Made by a program: the position numbers and the translations under genes. A stretch of DNA of 62,858 nt, filler included, from Vannella sp. (lineage: Eukaryota): NCBI GenBank assembly GCA_023345925.1. It is 8 parts of 8 records of this genome, joined end to end, with 100 filler letters (N's around TTAATTAATTAA, not from the genome) between each part and the next. Parts side by side here need not be neighbours in the genome. Positions count along the whole stretch, not along the records: positions 55,713 to 60,957 come from JAJQQN010000787.1; positions 61,058 to 62,858 come from JAJQQN010000628.1; 6 more parts are not named here. The stretch is one strand, 5' to 3'. Shown here piece by piece: positions 59,554-62,858 of the stretch. Below the pieces are notes generated by a model that was not told the origin of the DNA, made no database searches, and was given only the letters and a program-made list of their open reading frames with translations. Position 1 is the stretch's first letter. Every line of letters starts with the position of its first letter.

Positions 59554-59674
59554 GGAGGGGTCAGAAAATGACTAAAACCCTTCTTTTCTACACTTTCATT
59601 GCTTTAGCTTGTGGAAGAGCATGGATTGGCATTGGAATGGGTCCAAACCGAGCATTTCCCCTTGCGTTGGAGGG

Positions 59675-60957
59675 ATGGCCCGCCTGGCTGCTCTGAGGGG
59701 AGGTTCTGGCCTGTTTGCGGGGTTGGGGGTTGTGCTGGAGTTGGGAGGCTTGTCGCCAAAGATGAGAAAGGAGATCCAGGTTCAGGTGGAGGCGTGTGGA
59801 GCGGAGGTGACGTTTTCTTTGTCAAAGATGCAGGTAAGAGGCGTGGCTTGTGTCTCCCTGCTCCTAACCCTGTGCAGACTTCTTTTGTCATCACAACACC
59901 CGACCAGTGGGCTAAGCAGACTTACAAACTTCGCAACGCACAGAAAATGGGAATCCCCCTTGTGGATTTGCGCTACGTTCCTGCTTGCCTTGCCAAGGGC
60001 CGTGTCTTACCAACTTACTTGTTTGCTCCTGTAGCAGCAACTGTGAAAGATGAGACTGGAGAGGAAGGCTTGGCTGTCCCTGACATGCCACCTGCTCCTA
60101 TTCGGGCAGCAGTGAAGGTTCCTAACGTAGCAGGGAGGCCCTACGTTTCAGGAGATGAAGACCAGAGCTTTGCATTAGCTGAATTCCACTTCCTTCTCAA
60201 AACTGACGGAAAGCAAGGCCACTTTGCTGCGATAGAGCTCCATTGCAGGGTCAAGGAGGCTGGAACCAGCGGATATCGAGTCTGTATTCACACGGGAGCC
60301 ACCAAAGACCTCCAAGTGAAGAACGCTGCATCCAGATACGATACGGTGGGCTCACACAAAGTCTTCCATTTGGACATTCTGGAAGAGGCAGAAGCCCTGT
60401 ATGAGAGTTTTCTTGTCAAGTATCAGGAATCGATGAAGTATAGAGTGTTCCAGCTCATATCGCCGCGAATTGGGAGCTCTCTGCTTGCCCAAGCAAGTTC
60501 TGGTGGTATGGAAGGGTTGACTGCCTCGTGCTTGCAACCGTCCGTTCAGCAACTGGTCTCCACTGTGTATAAGGAGTCAGAAATCAAAAGGGCAAGCTTG
60601 TTGGCCGAACTGAAGGAGCAAAGTGGTCTATCCAGTCCCTTCGCTGAGCAACTGGCACAGCCTGAGCTGGAGAAGGCTCAGGCAGCTCTGTTTCGAATGC
60701 ATCAAATAGCGGAAGGTTCCTTTGACGCAACAGAAGAAGAGAAACTGGCGATTGAGAAAGAGTATAGCGACATTGTGCTCCATTCTTCTGAGCCTTGCTC
60801 TTTGAGGAGTCTGGACACTCTTCGCTTGCACCAGCAGCTATGTCAAGCGATGCAAGACAATCTGTGTTGCAATGAAGGTCTGAACAGCAGCAGCGTTGTT
60901 GACCGTCAGTTTGTGGCTCTTCGCACAGATATTCAACCTCTTTCCAGCCGCCATCCG
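59675..60957 (+). CDS. BRCT-containing PARP4/vault-PARP-like N-terminal region, 3' truncated; intron 59834-59877
   Basis: Spliced BRCT-like GLFAGL...TSFVI...KLRNAQKMGIPLV; later ISPRIGS...LQPSVQQLVSTVY resembles the PARP regulatory region; catalytic domain not in the window. Confidence 0.55.
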
Positions 60958-61057
60958 NNNNNNNNNNNNNNNNNNNNNNNNNNNNNNNNNNNNNNNNNNN
61001 NTTAATTAATTAANNNNNNNNNNNNNNNNNNNNNNNNNNNNNNNNNNNNNNNNNNNN
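60958..61057. other. Artificial contig linker
   Basis: N-TTAATTAATTAA-N. Confidence 0.98.
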
Positions 61058-62514
61058 TCATCCATTGCAGCAAAAGAAGCGTTGATTTCGTCGACAAGTG
61101 AGGGGTCAATGCGAAGGGCTGTTTGGACAAGAAGGGCTTGATAAGGTTTCATGGGAATCTTGAATCCACACTCTAACATTGCGCGAAAGATCAGAGTGAC
61201 CATTCCCCAGTCATTCTCTTGAATGAAAATGCCCAAAAGGCGATGGTATGTGAGTGCATCCAACAAGATTTCCATTCCAGTCGCTTCAGAAAAGATCCTT
61301 CGAATGTCTTTCACTCTGTCTTCTCTCCCAGTGCTCGAAATAAGTGCCCCAAAGATGCAAATCAGATCACTTGGCATCAGTTGAATTTGCCAAACAATCA
61401 TTTCCTTGTAAAGAACTAGCGCCAGATCGCAGTCTGCCTCGGAGCAAACTAGCTCAAGTGTCCTTGAGTAAGCCTCTTCCAGAATGCCATCAAATTCGGA
61501 ACCTCGTAGATTCCGAATAAGATATAAGCACGACTCAATCTTCTTCGAATGAATGTAGACTTGAAGGAGGGCTAAGTAGGTTGAACCCTTGATAAGATCT
61601 AATCTTATATCCAAATATTCCAATCTCTGCTGCTCATATTGGGCCTTGTCAAAGAGATCCTCTGCTAACTGTACTTGACTGCATTGACCCAAGGAATCGA
61701 GAGCTGCCTCAATGAGACGAGTTGTGATTGGTACTTGAAGGGTTTCCATAGTCTTCAGAATGTGCTGGGCGGCTGCCCCATCTCTGGGATGCTTCAAAAG
61801 ACTGAAAAGCTCCTCAAATGTCCTGCCATTGGGTTTATACCCGTCGCGCAACAACTGCTCAAACACATTGCATGCTGATTTGATCTTACCACGCTTCCCA
61901 TAGCCTTCAATCAAGAGATTGTACGTTTGAATGGTCGGGAGACAGGAAGGAACACCTTGTATCATGTCCTGGTAGAGTGCCTTGGCGACTTTCACATCAC
62001 CAATAGCGATGATAGCATGCCTTACGTAGACCGAAGGAGCACTCTGGTTCTCAGCAAGTTGTTTGGCGAGATCTGGAAGTTGGCAATCAGAAAGCGCGTT
62101 AATGGCAGCCTGCATTGTCTTTTCCTCAGGATCCTTGAGTAAAGAGAAGCCCCCTGTAGGTCGCAGATAACTCAAAAGAAGGTCTGGATCCTTCTTTACC
62201 CCCAAAGCGCGAAGGAGTTGAACAACAATCCGAGGACTAGTGGCCAGGAAGGACTCCTGACACTCACCATAGAGCTCAAGTGCCAGATCCTCTCGTCCAG
62301 AGTTCACAGCGACTCTCATTGCCAGACGGTATCCTTCTCGCGTAGCAAGCGCAGGGGAAGAGAGAGGTCCACAGGCCTTGAGGTAGCTCGATTGATGCAG
62401 AGGATAAGTTCTAAACCTCTGTAGGAACCCAACCAACGGTGCACTTCGGGTCCCAACAGCTCTCTGGCCACGGTGCACCAACACCCCAAGACCCACACTC
62501 GATCGTCCTGCCAT
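61058..62514 (-). CDS. Pentatricopeptide-repeat protein, probably mitochondrial; 3' truncated
   Basis: PTIQTYNLLIEGYGKRGKIKSACNVFEQLLRDGYKPN plus degenerate repeats; basic N-terminus. Confidence 0.85.
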
Positions 62515-62858
62515 AAAATAAAAAAGGAGAATTCATAAATTCTCTTCAATATGTCTCCAAGAAGGACAAGTCTCTCTTCTGCTTGACTTATCCTCGGAAT
62601 CCAGCACCTGACAAAGGATTACCCGCAGGTGACTCCATCACCACCAAGCTGGGGAACATCTTCTGTCGTACGCTGAACCGCTCGGCTCTTCGTTGTGTTT
62701 AACAGTGACAAAGGATCTATTGGAAAGCCATACTTATCTCAGAACTTCGGACCAATAGTGCTCCGCATCGTAACTGACTATGACCTCAACCTTGCAACCA
62801 CTGCCTGGTACCTGCTCCTGCTTCTGGGATGCTTGATGTACTCATACTATCCTCCTAC

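Noticed and set aside
62530..62858. Possible gene at window end
   Set aside because: No convincing start or motif in the available sequence

Overview
Very compact, gene-dense eukaryotic DNA, probably from a free-living amoeba-like protist (inferred from cpRAS, a SmgGDS/darlin-like gene, a PH-RCC1-FYVE gene and an IRE-type kinase; species not determinable). The window is eight contigs joined by artificial 100-nt linkers (N-run, TTAATTAATTAA, N-run), so adjacency across linkers is meaningless. It holds about 35 protein-coding genes. Many are split by ~40-60 nt GT-AG introns, which is why the ORF track is fragmented. Housekeeping and signalling genes include RPB6, importin-4, Rab escort protein, MARK kinase, PTP, site-2 protease, Ras, cpRAS and RdRP. 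The strongest novelty candidate is a ~2,100-aa RME-8/DNAJC13-like scaffold that lacks the J-domain and ends in poly-Pro plus a WH2-central-acidic (WCA) tail, i.e. a candidate new Arp2/3 nucleation-promoting factor. Other notable items: a TM-PH-PH-SMP protein with a SnoaL/NTF2-like tail, a large protein with an internal LRGG-ended ubiquitin domain, a spliced 52-aa 8-Cys microprotein, two intronless RCC1 paralogs with a KSAR tail, and two short dispersed repeats. All domain calls come from reading motifs by eye, not from database searches.
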